The notes below the pieces were generated by a model. The model worked only from the letters and a program-made list of their open reading frames with translations. It had not been told where the DNA came from and did no database searches. The position numbers and the translations under genes were made by a program. Below are positions 40,601 through 55,100 of a DNA stretch of 64,000 nucleotides, piece by piece. Position 1 is the first letter of the stretch; every line of letters begins with the position of its first letter. Source of the DNA: the human T2T-CHM13v2.0 reference genome, Homo sapiens; contig CP086569.2 in NCBI GenBank assembly GCA_009914755.4, positions 20,928,001 through 20,992,000 of the forward strand, written 5' to 3'.

Positions 40601-43480
40601 AAAAATGAAGTTGCAGACCTTAGTGGTGAGTGTTACAGCACTTAAAGGTGTTATGTCCAGAGTTTGTTCATTTAGATGTGTCCAGAGTTTCTTCCTTCTG
40701 GCAGGTTCATGGTCTTGCTCACTTCAAGAATGAAGCTGCAGACCTTTACGGTGAGTGTTACAGCACTTAAAGGTGTTAGGTCTAGAGTTTGTTCCTTCAG
40801 ATGTGTCCAGATATTCTTCCTTCTGGCAGGTTCATGGTCTTGCTCACTTCAAGAATGAAGCCGCAGACCTTAGTGGTGAGTCTCACAGCACTGAAAAGGT
40901 GTTATGTCCAGAGTTTGTTCATTCAGATGTGTCCGGAGTTTCTTCCTTCTGGCAGGTTCATGGTCTTGTTCTCTTCAAGAATGAAGCTGCAGAAATTAGT
41001 GGTGAGTGTTACAGCACTTATAGGTGTTATGTCCAGAGTTTGTTCCTTCAGATGTGTCCAGAGTTTCCTCCTTCTGGCAGGTTCATGGTCTTGCTGACTT
41101 CAAGAATAAAGCTGCAGACCTGTACGGTGAGTGTTACAGCACTTAAAGGTGTTATGTCCATAGTTTGTTCCTTCAGATGTGTCCAGAGTTAATTCCTTCT
41201 GGCAGGCTCATGGTCCTGCTCACTTGAAGAATGAAGCTGCAGACCTCACTGGTGAGTGTTACAGCACTTAAAGTTGTTATGTCCTGAGTTTGTTCATGCA
41301 GATGTGACCGGAGTTTCTTTCTTCTGGCAGGTTCATGGTCTTGCTCACCTCAAGAATGAAGCTGCAGACCTTAGTGGTGAGTGTTACAGCACTTAAAGGT
41401 GTTATGTACAGAGTTTGTTACTTCATATGTGTCCAGAGTTTCTTCATTCTGGCAGATTCATGGTCTTGCTCACTTCAATAATGAAGCTGCATACCTTTAC
41501 GGTGAGTGTTACAGCACTTAAAGGTGTTATGTCTAGAGTTTGTTCCTTCAGATGTGTCCAGAGTTTCTTCCTTCTGGCAGGTTCATGGTCGTGCTCACTT
41601 CAAGAATGAAACTGCAGACCTTTACGGTGAGTGTTACAACACTTAAAGGTGTTAGGTCCAGAGTTTGTTTCTTCAGATGTGTCCAGAGTTTCTTCCTTCT
41701 GGCAGGTTCATGGTCTTGCTCACTTCAAGAATGAAGCTGCAGACCTTTACGGTGAGTGTTACAACACGTAAAGGTGTTAGTTCCAGAATTTGTTCCTTCA
41801 GATGTGTTCAGAGTTTCTTCCTTCTGGCAGGTTCATGGTCTTGCTCACCTCAGGAATGAAGCTGCAGACCTCAGTGGTGAGTGTTACAGCACGTAAAGGT
41901 GTTATGTCCAGAGATTGTTAATTCAGATATGTACAGAGTTTCTTCCTTCTGGCAGGTTCATTGTCTTTCTCACTTCAAGAATGAAGCTGCAGACCTTTAC
42001 GGTGAGTGTTACAGCCCTGAAAGGTGTTATGTCCAGAGTTTGTTCCTTCAGATGTGTCCAGAGTTTATTCGGTCTGGCAGGTTCATTGTCTTGCTCACTT
42101 CAAGAATGAAGCTGCAGAACTTAACGGTGAGTGTTACAGCATATAAATGTGTTATGTCCACAGTTTGTTCCTTCATATGTGTCCAGAGTTTCTTCCTTCT
42201 GGCAGGTTCATGGTGTTGCTCACTTAAAGAATGAAGCTGCAGACGTTAGTGGTTAGTGTTGCAGCACTTAAAGGTGTTATGTTCAGAGATTGTTCATTCA
42301 GATGTGTCCGTAGTTTCTTCCTTCTGGCAGGTTCATGGTCTTGCTCACTTCAAGAATGAAGGTTCAGACCTTAGTGGTGAGTGTTACAGCACTTAAAAGT
42401 GTTATGTCCAGTGATTGTTCATTCAGATGTGTCCGTAGTTTCTTCCTTCTGGCAGGTACAAGGCCTTGCTCACTTAAAGAATGAAGCTGCAGACCTTAGT
42501 GGAGAGTGTTTCAGCACTTAAAGGTGTTATCTCCAGAGTTTGTTCCTTCAGATGTGTCCAGAGTTTCTTCCTTCTGGCAGGTTCATGGTCTTGCTCACTT
42601 CAAGAATGAAGCTGCAGACCTTTACCGTGAGTGTTACAGCACTTAAAGGTGTTATGTCTAGAGTTTGTTCCTTCAGATGTGTCCAGAGTTTCTTCCTTCT
42701 GGAAGGTTCATGGTCTTGCTCACTTCAAGAATGAAGCTGCAGACCTTAGTGGTGAGTGTTACAGCACTTAAAAGTGTTATGTCCAGAGATTGTTACTTCA
42801 GATGTGTCAGGAGTTTCTTCCTTCTGGCAGGTTCATGGTCTTGCTTACTTCAAGAATGAAGCTGCAGACCTTAGTGGTGAGTGTTACAACACTTAAAGGT
42901 GTTATGTCCAGAGTTTGTTCCTTCAGATGTGTCCAGAGTTTCTTCCTTCTGGCAGGTTCATGGTCTTGCTCACTTCAAGAATGAAGCTGCATACATTTAC
43001 GGTGAGTGTTACAGCACTTAAAGGTGTTATGTCCAGAGTTTGTTCCTTCAGATGTGCCCAGAGTTTCTTGCTTCTGGCAGATACATGGTCTTGCTCACTT
43101 CAAGAATGAAGCTGCAAACCTTTACGGTGAGTGTTACAACACTTAAAGTTGTTATGTCCAGAGTTTTTTCCTTCAGATGTGTACAGAGTTTCTTCCTTCC
43201 GGCAGGTTCATGATCTTGCTCACTTCAAGAATGAAGCTGCAGAAGTTAGTTGTGAGTGTTACAGCGCTGAAAGGTGTTATGTCCAGAGGTTGTTCATTCA
43301 GATGTGTCCGGAGTTTCTTCCGTCTGGCAGATTCATCGTCTTGCTCACTTCAAGAATGAAGCTGCAGACCGTAGTGGTGAGTGCTACAGCACTTAAAGGT
43401 GTTATGTCCAGAGTTTGTTCATTTAGATGTGTCCAGAGTTTCTTCCTTCTGGCAGGTTCATGGTCTTGCTGACTTCAAGA
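37380..43480. repeat. About 3,001-bp higher-order repeat (24 monomers): two near-identical copies, then a third with deletions (offsets +2751 and +2375)
   Basis: Identical or near-identical peptides at +3001: 37379/40380 (117 aa), 37754/40755 (145 aa), 37788/40789, and the pairs 38414/41415, 38664/41665, 38914/41915, 39539/42540 and 39664/42665. The third copy is 43131..43472 (+2751) and 43801 (+2386 versus 41415). Confidence 0.75.
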
Positions 43481-46199
43481 ATAAAGCTGCAGACCTGTAC
43501 GTTGAGAGTTACAGCACTTAAAGGTGTTATGTCCATAGTTTGTTCCTTCTGATGTGTCCAGAGTTAATTCCTTCTGGCAGGCTCATGGTCCTGCTCACTT
43601 GAAGAATGAAGCTGCAGACCTTACTGGTGAGTGTTACAGCACTTAAAGTGTTATGTCCTGAGTTTGTTCATGCAGATGTGACCGGAGTTTCTTTCTTCTG
43701 GCAGCTTCATGGTCTTGCTCACCTCAAGAATGAAGCTGCAGACCTTAGTGGTGAGTGTTACAGCACTTAAAGGTGTTATGTACAGAGTTCGTTACTTAAT
43801 ATGTGTCCAGAGTTTCTTCATTCTGGCAGATTCATGGTCTTGCTCACTTCAAGAATGAAGCTGCATACCTTTATGGTGAGTGTTACAGCACTTAAAGGTG
43901 TTATGTCTAGAGTTTGTTCCTTCAGATGTGTGCAGAGTTTCTTCCTTCTGGCAGGTTCATGGTCGTGCTCACTTCAAGAATGAAGCTGCAGACCTTTACG
44001 GTGAGTGTTACAGCACTTAACGGTGTTAGGTCCAGAGTTTGTTTCTTCAGATGTGTCCAGAGTTTCTTCCTTCTGGCAGGTTCATGGTCTTGCTCACTTC
44101 AAGAATGAAGCTGCAGACCTTTACGGTGAGTGTTACAACACTTAAAGGTGTTAGTTCCAGAATTTGTTCCTTCATATGTCTACAGAGTTTCTTCCTTCTG
44201 GCAGGTTCATGGTCTTGTTTACATCAGGAGTGAAGCTGCAGACCTCAGTGGTGAGTGCTACAGCACTTAAAGGTGTTATGTCCAGAGATTGTTATTTCAG
44301 ATATGTCCAGAGTTTCTTGCTTCCTGCAGGTTCATGGTCTTGCTCACTTCAAGAATGAAGCTGCAGACCTTTACGGTGAGTGTTACAGCACTGAAAGGTG
44401 TTATGTCCAGTGTTTGTTCCTTCAGATGTGTCCAGAGTTTCTTCCGTTTGGCAGGTTCATGGTCTTGCTCACTTCAAGAATGAAGCTGCAGACCTTTACG
44501 GAGGGTGTTACAGCACATAAAGGTGTTATGTCCACAGTTTGTTCCTTCATATGTGTGCAGAGTTTCTTCCTTCTGGCAGGTTCATGGTCTTGCTCACTTA
44601 AAGAATGAAGCTGCAGACCTTAGTGGTGAGTGTTGCAGCACTTAAAGGTGTTATGTCCAGAGATTGTTCATTCAGATGTGTCCGTAGTTTCTTCCTTCTG
44701 GCAGGTTCATGGTCTTGCTCACTTCAAGAATGTAGCTGCAGACCTCAGTGGTGAGTGTTACAGCACTTAAAAGTGTTATGTCCAGTGATTGTTCATTCAG
44801 ATATGTCCGTAGTTTCTTCCTTCTGGCAGGTTCAAGGTCTTGCTCACTTCAAGGATGAAGCTGCAGACCTTAGTTGAGAGTGTTTCAGCACTTAAAGTTG
44901 TTATGTCCAGAGTTTGTTCCTTCAGATGTGTCCAGAGTTTCTTCCTTCTGGCAGGTTCATGGTCTTGCTCACTTCAAGAGTGAAGCTGCAGACCTTAGTG
45001 GTGAGTGTTACAGCACTTAAAGGTGTTATGTCCAGAGATTGTTACTTCAAATGTGTCAGGAGTTTCTTCCTTCTGGCAGGTTCATGGCCTTGCTCACTTC
45101 AAGAATGAAGCTGCAGACATTAGTGGTGAGTGTTACAGCCCTTAAAGGTGTTATGTCCAGAGTTTGTTCCTTCAGATGTGTCCAGAGTTTCTTCCTTCTG
45201 GCAGGTTCATGGTCTTGCTCACTTCAAGAATGAATCTGCGGACCTTTACTGTGAGTGTTACAGCACGTAAAGGAGTTATATCCAGAGTTTGTTCCTTCAG
45301 ATGTATCCAGAGTTTCTTCCTTCTGGCAGGCTCATGGTCCTGCTTAATTCAAGAATGAAGCTGCAGACATTTACGGTGAGTGTTACAGCACTTAGAGGTG
45401 TTATTTCCAGAGTTTGTTCCTTCAGATGTGTCCAGAGTTTCTTCTTTCTGGCAAGTCCATGGTCTTGCTCTCTTCAGGAATGAAGCTGCAGACGTTTACG
45501 GTGAGTGTTGCAGCACCTAAAGGTGTTATGTCCAGAGATTGTTCCTTCAGATGTGCCCAGAGTTTCTTCCTTCTGGCAGATTCATGGTCTTGCTCACTTG
45601 AAGAATGAAGCTGCAAACCTTTACGGTGAGTGTTACAACACTTAAAGGTGTTATGTCCAGTGTTTGTTCCTTCAGATGTGTCCAGAGTTTCTTCCTTCTT
45701 GCAGGTTCATGGTCTTGTCCACTTCAAGAATGAAACTGAAGACCCTTACGGTGAGTGTTACAGCACTTAAAGGTGTTATGTCCAGAGATTGTTCTTTCAG
45801 TTGTGTCCACAGTTTCTTCCTTTTGGCAGGTTCATGGTCTTGCTCACTTCAAGAATGAAGCTGCAGACCTTGGTGGTGAGTTTTACAGCACTTACAGGTT
45901 TTATGTCCCGAGTTTGTTCCATCAGATGTGTCCAGAGTTTCTTCCTTTTGGCAGCTTCATGGTCTTGCTCACTTCAAGAATGAAGCTGCAGACCTCAGTG
46001 GTGAGTGTTACAGCACTTAAGTGTGTTATGTAAAGAGTTTGTTCCTTCAGATGTGTCCAAAGTTTCTTCAATCTGGCAGGTTCATGGTCTTGCTCACTTC
46101 AAGAGTGAACCTGCAGAATTCAGTGTTGAGTGTTACAGCACTTAAAGGTGTTATGTCTAGAGTTTGTTCCTTCAGATGTGTCCAGAGTTTCTTCCTTCT

Positions 46200-49100
46200 G
46201 GCAGGTTCATGGTCTTGCTCACTTCAAGAAAGAATGAAGCTGCAGACCTTTACGGTGAGTGTTACAGCATATAAAGGTGTTATGTCCAGAGTTTTGTCCT
46301 TCAGATGTCTCCAGAATTTCTTCCTTCTGGCAGGTTCATGGTCTTGCTCACTTCAAGAATGAAGCTGCAGACCTTGGTGGTGAGTGTTACAGCACTTAAA
46401 TGTGTTATGTCCAGAGTTTGTTCCATCTGATGTGTACAGAGTTTCTTCCTTCTGGCAGGTTCATGGTCTTGCTCACTTCAAGAATGAAGCTGCAGACCTT
46501 AGTGGTGAGTGTTACAGCACTTAAAGGTGTTATGTCCAGAGTTTTTTCCTTGTGATGTGTCCAGAGTTTCTTCCTTCTGGCAGGTTCATGGTCTTGCTCA
46601 CTTCAAGAATGAAGCTGCAGACCTTTACGTTGAGTGTTAGAGCACTTAATGTTGTCATGTCCAGAGTTTATTCCTTCAGATGTGTCCAGAGTTTCTTCAT
46701 TCTGGCAGGTTCATGGTCTTGTTCTCTTCAAGAATGAAGCCGCAGACCTTAGTGGTGAGCGTTACAGCACTTAAAGGTTTTATGTCCAGAGTTTGTTCCA
46801 TCAAATGTGTCTAGAGTTTCTTCCTTCTGGGAGGTTCATGGTCTTGCTCACTTCAAGAATGAAGCTGCAGACCTTAGTGGTGAGTGTTACAAGACTTAAA
46901 GGTGTTATGTCCAGAGTTTGTTCCTTGTGATGTTTGCAGAGTTTCTTCATTCAGGCAGGTTCATGGTCTTGCTCACTTCAAGAATTATGCTGCAGACCTT
47001 TACGGTGAATTTTACAGCACTTAAAGGTGTTATGTCCAGAGTTTTTTCCTTTAGTTGTGTCCAGAGTTTCTTTCTTCTGGCAGTTTCATGTTCTTGCTTA
47101 CTTCAAGAATGAAGCTCCAGACCTTTACGGTGAGTTTTACAGCACTTAAAGGTGTTATGTCCAGAGTTTTTTCCTTCAGTTGTGTCCAGAGTTTCTTTCT
47201 TCTGGTAGTTTCATGTTCTTGCTCACTTCAAGAATGAAGCTCCAGACCTTTACGGTGAGTGTTACAGCACTTAAAGCTATTATGTCCAGAGTTTTTACCT
47301 TCAGATGTGTACAGGCTTTCTTCCTTCTGGCAGGTTCATGGTCTTGCTAGATTCAAGAATGAACCTCCATTCCTTTACGGTGAGTGTTACAGCACTTAAA
47401 GGTGTTATGTCCAGAGTTTGTTCCTTCAGATGTGTCCAGAGTTTCTTCCTTCTGGCAAGTTCATGGTCTTGCTCACTTCAAGAATGAAGCTGCAGACCTT
47501 GTTGGTGTGTGTTACAGCACTTACACTTTTTATGTCTCGAGTTTGTTCCATCAGATGTGTCCAGAATTTCTTCCTTTTGGCAGGTTCATGGTCTTGCTCA
47601 CTTCAAGAATGAAGCTGCAGACCTTAGTGGTGAGTGTTACAGCACTTAAAGGTGTTATGTAAAGAGTTTGTTCCATGTGATGTGCGCAGAGTTTCTTCCT
47701 TCTGGCAGGTTCATGGTGTTGCTCACTTGAAGAATGATGCTGCAGACATTTACGGTGAGTGTTACAGCACTTAAAGGTGTTATATCCAGAATTTGTTGCT
47801 TCAGATGTGTCCAGAGTTTCTTTCTTCTGGCAGTTACATGGTCTTGCTTACTTCCAGAATGAAGCTACAGACCTTTACGGTGAGTTTTACAGCACTTAAA
47901 AGTGTTATGTCCAGAGTTTGTTCCTTCAGTTGTGTCCAGAGTTTCTTCCTTCTGGCAGGTTCATGGTCTTGCTCACTTCAAGAATGAAACTACAGACCTT
48001 TACGATGAGTGTTACAGCACTTACAGGTGTTATGTCCCGAGTTTTTTCCATCAGATGTGTCCAGAGTTTATTCCATTTGGCAGGTTCATGGTCTTGCTCA
48101 CTTCAAGAATGAAGCTGCAGACCTTAGTGGTGAGTGTTACAGCACTTAAAGGTGTTATGTCCAGAGGTTGCTCCTTGTGATGTGTGCAGAGTTTGTTTCT
48201 TCTGGCAGGTTCATGGTCTTGCTCACTTCAAGAGTGAAGCTGCAGGCCTTTACGGTGAGTGTTATAGCACTTAAAGGTGTTATGCCCAGAGTTTGTTCCT
48301 TCAGATGTGTTCAGAGTTTCTTCCTTCTAGCAGGTTCATGGTCTTGCTCACTTCAAGAATGAAGCTGCAGACCTTAGCGGTGAATGTTACAGCACTTAAA
48401 GGTGTTATGTCCAGAGTTTTTTCTTTCAGATTTGTCCGGAGTTTCTTCCATCTGGCAGGTTCATGGTCTTGCTCACTTCAAGAGTGAAGCTGCAGAATTT
48501 AGTGGTGAGTGGTACAGCACTTAAAGGTGTTATGTCCAGAGTTTCTTCCTTCAGATTTGTCCAGAGTTTCTTCCTTCTGGCAGGTTCATGGTCTTGCTCA
48601 CTTCAAGAGTGAAGCTGCAGAATTTAGTGGTGAGTGTTACAGCACTTAAAGGTGTTATGTCCAGAGTTTGTTCCTTCAGATGTGTCCAGATATTCTTCCT
48701 TCTTGCAGGGTCATGGTCTTGCTCACTTCAAGAAAGAATGAAGATGCAGACCGTTACGGTGAGTGTTACAGCATATAAAGGTGTTATGGACGGAGTTTGG
48801 TCTTTCAGATGTATCCAGAGTTTCTTCTTCGGGCAGGTTCATGGTCTTGCTCAATTCAAGAATAAAGCTGTAGACCTTGGTGGTGAGTGTTACAGCACTT
48901 AAAGGTGTTATGTCCAGAGTTTGTTCCATCAGATGTGTCCACAGTTTCCTTCTTCTCTCAGGTTCCTGGCCTTGCTCACTTCAAGAATGAATCTCCAGAC
49001 TTTCATGGTGAGGTTTACAGCACTTAAAAGTGTTATGTCCAGAGTTTGTTCCTTCAGTTTTGTCCAGAGTTTCTTCCTTCTGGCAGGTTCATGGTCTTGT

Positions 49101-52100
49101 TCAATTCAATAATGAAGCTGCACACCTTGGTGGTGGGTGTTACAGCACTTAAAGGTGTTACGTCCAGAGTTTGTTCCATCAGATGTGTATAGACTTTCTT
49201 CCTTTTGGCAGATTCATGGTATTGCTTACTTCAAGAATGAAGCTGCAGACATTTACGGTGAGTGTTACAGCACTTAAAGTTGTTATATCCAGAGTTTGTT
49301 CCATAAGATGTGTCTAGAGTTTCTTCCTTCTGGCATGTTCATGGTCTTGCTCACTTCAGGATAGAATGAAGCTGCAGACATTTACGGTGAGTGTTACAGC
49401 ATATAAAGTGTTATGTCCAGAGTTTGTTCCTTCAGATGTGTCCAGAGTTTCTTCTGGCAGGTTCATGGTCTTGCTCACTTCAAGAATGAAGGTCCAGTCC
49501 TTTACGGTGAGTGTTACAGCACTTAAAGGTGTTATGTCCAGAGTTTGTTCCTTCAGATGTGGCCAGAGTTTCTTCCTTCTGTCAGGTTCATGGTCTTGCT
49601 CACTTCAAGAATGAAACTGCAGACCATTACCGTGAGTGTTACAGCACTTAAATGTGTTATGTCCAGAGTTTTTTCCTTCAGATTTGTCCAGTTTCTTCCT
49701 TCTGGCAGGTTCATGGTCTTGCTCACTTCAAGAATGAAACTGTCGACCTTTACCGTGAGTGTTACAGCACTGAAAGATGTTATGTCCAGAGTTTGTTCCT
49801 TCAGATATTTCCAGAGTTTCTTCCATCTGGCAGGTTCATGGTCTTGATCACTTCAAGAATGAAGCAGCAGACCTTATTTGTGAGGGTTACAGCTCTTAAA
49901 GGTGTTATGTCCAGAGTTTTTTCCTTCAGTTGTGTCCAGAGTTTCTTCCTTCTGGCAGGTTCATGGTCTTGCTCACTTCAAGAATGAAGCTGCAGACATT
50001 TACTGTGAGTGTTACAGCACTTAAATTTGTTATATCCAGAGTTTGTTCCTTCAGATGTGTCTAGAGTTTCTTCCTTCTGGCATGTTCACGGTCTTGCTCA
50101 CTTCAAGAAAGAATGAAGCTGCAGAAATTTACGGTGAGTGTTACAGCATATAAAGTGTTATGTCCAGAGTTTGTTCCTTCAGATGTGTCCAGAGTTTCTT
50201 CCTTCTGGCAGGTTCATGGTCTTGCTCACTTCAAGAATGAAGCTGCAGACCTAGGTGGTGAGTGTTATAGCACTTAAAGATGTTATGTCCAGAGTTTGTT
50301 CATTCAGATGTGTCCAGAATTTCTTTCTTCTGGCAGGTTCATGGTCTTGCGGACTTCAGTAATGAAGCTCAAGTCCTTTACGGTGAGTGTTACGGCACTT
50401 AAAGGTGTTATGTCCAGAGTTTCTTCCATCAGATTTGTCCAGAGTTTCTTCCTTCTGGCGGGTTCATGGTCTTGCTCACTTCAAGAATGAAGCTGCAGTC
50501 CTTAGTGGTGAGTGTTACAGCACTTAAAGGTGTTATGTAAAGAGTTTGTTCCTTCAGATATGTCCAAAGTTTCTTCAATCTGGCAGGTTCATGGTCTTAC
50601 TCACTTCAAGAGTGAAGATGCAGAATTTAGTGGTGAGTGTTACAGCACTTAAAAGTGTTATGTCCAGCGTTTGTTACTACAGATGTGTCCAGATATTCTT
50701 CCTTCTGGCAGGTTCATGGTCTTGCTCACTTCAAGAAAGAATGAAGCTGCAGACCTTTACGGTGAGTGCTACAGCATAGAAAGGTGTTAGGTCTAGAGTT
50801 TTTTCCTTCAGATGTGTCCAGAGTTTCTTCCTTCTGGCAGGTTCATGGTCTTGCTCAATTCAAGAATGAAGCTGCAGACCTTAGTTTTGAGTGTTACAGC
50901 CCTTGAAAGTGTTATGTCCAGAGTTTGTTCCTTCAGATGTGTCTAGAGTTTCTTCCTTCTGGCAGGTTCATGGTCTTGCTCACTTCAAGAATGAAGCTGC
51001 AGACCTTAGGGGTGAGTGTTACAGTACTTAAAGGTGTTATGTGCAGAGTTTTTTTCCTTCAGATGTGTCCAGAGTTTCTTCCAACTTGCATTTTCATGGT
51101 CTTGCTCACTTCAAGAGTGAAGCTGCAAAATTTAGTGGTGATTGTTACAGCACTTAAAGGTGTTATGTCCAGAGTTTGTTCCTTCAGATGTGTCGAGATA
51201 TTCTTTCTTCTGGTATGTTCATGGTCTGGCTCACTTTAAGAAAGAATGAAGCTGCAGACCTTTACGGTGAGTGTTACAGCATATAAAGGTGTTATGTCCA
51301 GAGTTTTGTCCTTCAGATGTCTCCAGAAATTCTTCCTTCGAGCAGGTTCATGGTCTTGCTCACTTCAAGAATGAAGCTGCAGACTTTGGTGGTGAGTGTT
51401 ACAGCACTTAAATGTGTTATGTCCAGAGTTTGTTCCATCTGATGTGTACAGAGTTTCTTCCTTCTGGCAGGTTCATGGTCTTGCTCACTTCAAGAATGAA
51501 GCTGCAGACCCTAGTGGTGAGTGTTACAGCACTTAAAGGTGTTATGTCCAGAGTTTGTTCCTTGTGATGTGTCCAGAGTTTCTTCCTTCTGGCAGGTTCA
51601 TGGTCTTGCTCACTTCAAGAATGCAGCTGCAGACCTTTACGTTGAGTGTTAGAGCACTTAATGTTGTCATGTCCAGAGTTTGTTCCTTCAGATGTGTCCA
51701 GAGTTTCTTCATTCTGGCAGGTTCATGGTCTTGTTCTCTTCAAGAATGAAGCCGCAGACCTTAGTGGTGAGCGTTACAGCACTTAAAGGTTTTATGTCCA
51801 GAGATTGTTCCATCAAATGTGTCTAGAGTTTCTTCCTTCTGGGAGGTTCATGGTCTTGCTCACTTCAAGAATGATGCTGCAGACCTTAGTGGTGAGTGTT
51901 ACAACACTTAAAGGTGTTATGTCCAGAGTTTGTTCCTTGTGATGTTTGCAGAGTTTCTTCATTCTGGCAGGTTCATGGTCTTGCTCACTTCAAGAATGAT
52001 GCTGCAGACCTTTACGGTGAGTTTTACAGCACTTAAAGGTGTTATGTCCAGAGATTTTTCCTTCAGTTGTGTCCAGAGTTTCCTTCTTCTGGCAGTTTCA

Positions 52101-55100
52101 TGTTCTTGCTCACTTCAAGAATGAAGCTCCAGACCTTTTAGGTGAGTGTTACAGCACTTAAAGGTATTATGTCCAGAGTTTTTTCCTTCAGATGTGTACA
52201 GAGTTTCTTCCTTCTGGCAGGTTCATGGTCTTGCTAGCTTCAAGAATGAACCTCCATTCCTTTACGGTGAGTGTTACAGCACTTAAAGGTGTTATGTCCG
52301 GAGTTTGTTCCTCCAGATGTGTCCAGAGTTTCTTCCTTCTGGCAGGTTCATGGTCTTGCTCACTTCAAGAATGAAGCTGCAGACCTTAGTGGTGAGGGTT
52401 ACAGCATTTAAAGGTGTTATGTCCAGAGTTTTTTCCTTCAGATGTGTCCAGAGTTTCTTCCTTCTGGCAGGTTTATGGTCTTGCTCACTTCAAGAATGAA
52501 ACTACAGACCTTTACGATGAGTGTTACAGTACTTACAGGTGTTATGTCCCGAGTTTTTTCCATCAGATGTGTCCAGACTTTATTCCTTTTGGCAGGTTCA
52601 TGGTCTTGCTCACTTCAAGAATGAAGCTGCAGACCTTAGTGGTGAGTGTTACAGCACTTAAAGGTGTTATTTCCAGAGGTTGCTCCTTGTGATGTGTCCA
52701 GAGTTTGTTTCTTCTGGCAGGTTCATGGTCTTGCTCACTTCAAGAATGAAGCTGCAGGCCTTTACGGTGAGTGTTAAAGCACTTAAATGTGTTATGTCCA
52801 GAGTTTGTTCCTTCAGATGTGTTCAGAGTTTCTTCCTTCTGGCAGGTTCATGGTCTTGCTCACTTCAAGAGTGAAGCTGCAGAATTTAGTGGTGAGTGTT
52901 ACAGCACTTAAAGGTGTTATGTCCAGAGTTTGTTCCTTCATATGTGTCCAGATATTCTTCCTTCTTGCAGGGTCATGGTCTTGCTCACTTCAAGAAAGAA
53001 TGAAGATGCAGACCGTTACGGTGAGTGTTACAGCATATAAAGGTGTTGTGGACGGAGTTTGGTCCTTCAGATGTATCCAGAGTTTCTTCTTCGAGCAGGT
53101 TCATGGTCTTGCTCAATTCAAGAATAAAGCTGCAGACCTTGGTGGTGAGTGTTACAGCACTTAAAGGTGTTATGTCCAGAGTTTGTTCCATCAGATGTGT
53201 CCACAGTTTCCTTCTTCTCTCAGGTTCCTGGCCTTGCTCACTTCAAGAATGAATCTCCAGACTTTTACGGTGAGGTTTACAGCACTTAAAAGTGTTGTGT
53301 CCAGAGTTTGTTCCTTCAGTTTTGTCCAGAGTTTCTTCCTTCTGGCAGGTTCATGGTCTTGTTCAATTCAATAATGAAGCTGCACACCTTGGTGGTGGGT
53401 GTTACAGCACTTAAAGGTGTTACGTCCAGAGTTTGTTCCATCAGATGTGTATAGACTTTCTTCCTTTTGGCAGGTTCATGGTATTGCTCACTTCAAGAAT
53501 GAAGCTGCAGACATTTACGGTGAGTGTTACAGCACTTAAAGTTGTTATATCCAGAGTTTGTTCCATAAGATGTGTCTAGAGTTTCTTCCTTCTGGCATGT
53601 TCATGGTCTTGCTCACTTCAGGATAGAATGAAGCTGCAGACATTTACGGTGAGTGTTACAGCATATAAAGTGTTATGTCCAGAGTTTATTCCTTCAGATG
53701 TGTCCAGAGTTTCTTCTTTCTGGCAGGTTCATGGTCTTGCTCACTTTAAGAATGAGGCTGCAGACCTAGGTGGTGAGTGTTACAGCACGTAAAGGTGTGA
53801 TGTCCAGAGTTTCTTCCGTAAGATGTGTCTAGAGTTTCTTCCTTCTGGCATGTTCATGGTCTTGCTCACTTCAAGAAAGAATGAAGCTGCAGACCTTTAC
53901 GGTGATTGTTACAGCATATAAAGTGTTATGTCCAAAGTTTGTTCCTTCAGATATGTCCAGAGTTTCTTCCTTCTGGCAGGTTCATGGTCTTGCTCACTTT
54001 AAGAATGAGGCTGTAGACCTAGGTGGTGAGTGTTACAGCACTTAAAGGTGTGATGTCCAGAGTTTGTTCCTTCAGATGTGTCCAGTGTTCCTTTCTTCTG
54101 GCAGGTTCATGGTCTTGCTCACTTCAAGAATGAAGCTCCAGTCCTTTACGGTGAGTGTTACAACACTTAAAGGTGTTATGTGCAGAGTTTGTTCCTTCAG
54201 ATGTGTCCAGAGTTTCTTCCTTCTGGCAGGTTCATGGTCTTGCTCACTTCAAAAATGAAACTGCAGACCATTACGGTGAGTGTTACAGCACTTAAAGGTG
54301 TTATGTCCAGAGTTTGTTCCTTCAGATGTGTCCAGTTTCTTCCTCCTGGCAGGTTCATGGTCTTGCTCACTTCAAGAATGAAACTGTAGACCTTTACGGT
54401 GAGTGTTACAGCACTGAAAGATGTTATGTCCAGAGTTTTTTCCTTCAGATATTTCCAGAGTTTCTTCCATCTGGCAGGTTCATGGTCTTGGTCACTTCAA
54501 GAATGAAACTGCAGACCTTAGTGGTGAGTGTTACTGCACTTAAAGGTGTTATGTCCAGAGTTTTTTCCTACAGATGTGTCCAGAGTTTCTTCCTTCTGGC
54601 AGGTTCATGGTCTTGCTCACTTCAAGAATGAAGCTACAGACCTTAGTTATGAGTGTTACAGCACTTAAAGGTATTATGCCCAGAGTTTGTTACTTCAGAT
54701 GTGTCCAGAGTTTCTCCCTTCTGGCAGGTTCATGGTCTTGCTCACTTCAAGAATGAAGCTGCATTCCTTAGTGGTGAGTGTTCCAGCACCTAAAGATGTT
54801 ATGTAAAGAGTTTGTTCCTTCAGATGTGTCCAAAGTTTCTTCAATTTGGCAGGTTCATAGTCTTGCTCACTTCAAGAGTGTAGCTGCAGAATTTAGTGGT
54901 GAGTGTTACAGCACTTAAAAGTGTTATGTCCATAGTTTGTTACTTCAGATGTGTCCAGATATTCTTCCTTCTGGCAGGTTCATGGTCTTGCTCACTTCAA
55001 GAAAGAATGAAGCTGCAGACCTTTACGGTGAGTGCTACAGCATATAAAGGTGTTATGTCCAGAGTTTTTTCCTACAGATGTGTCCAGAGTTTCTTCCTTC

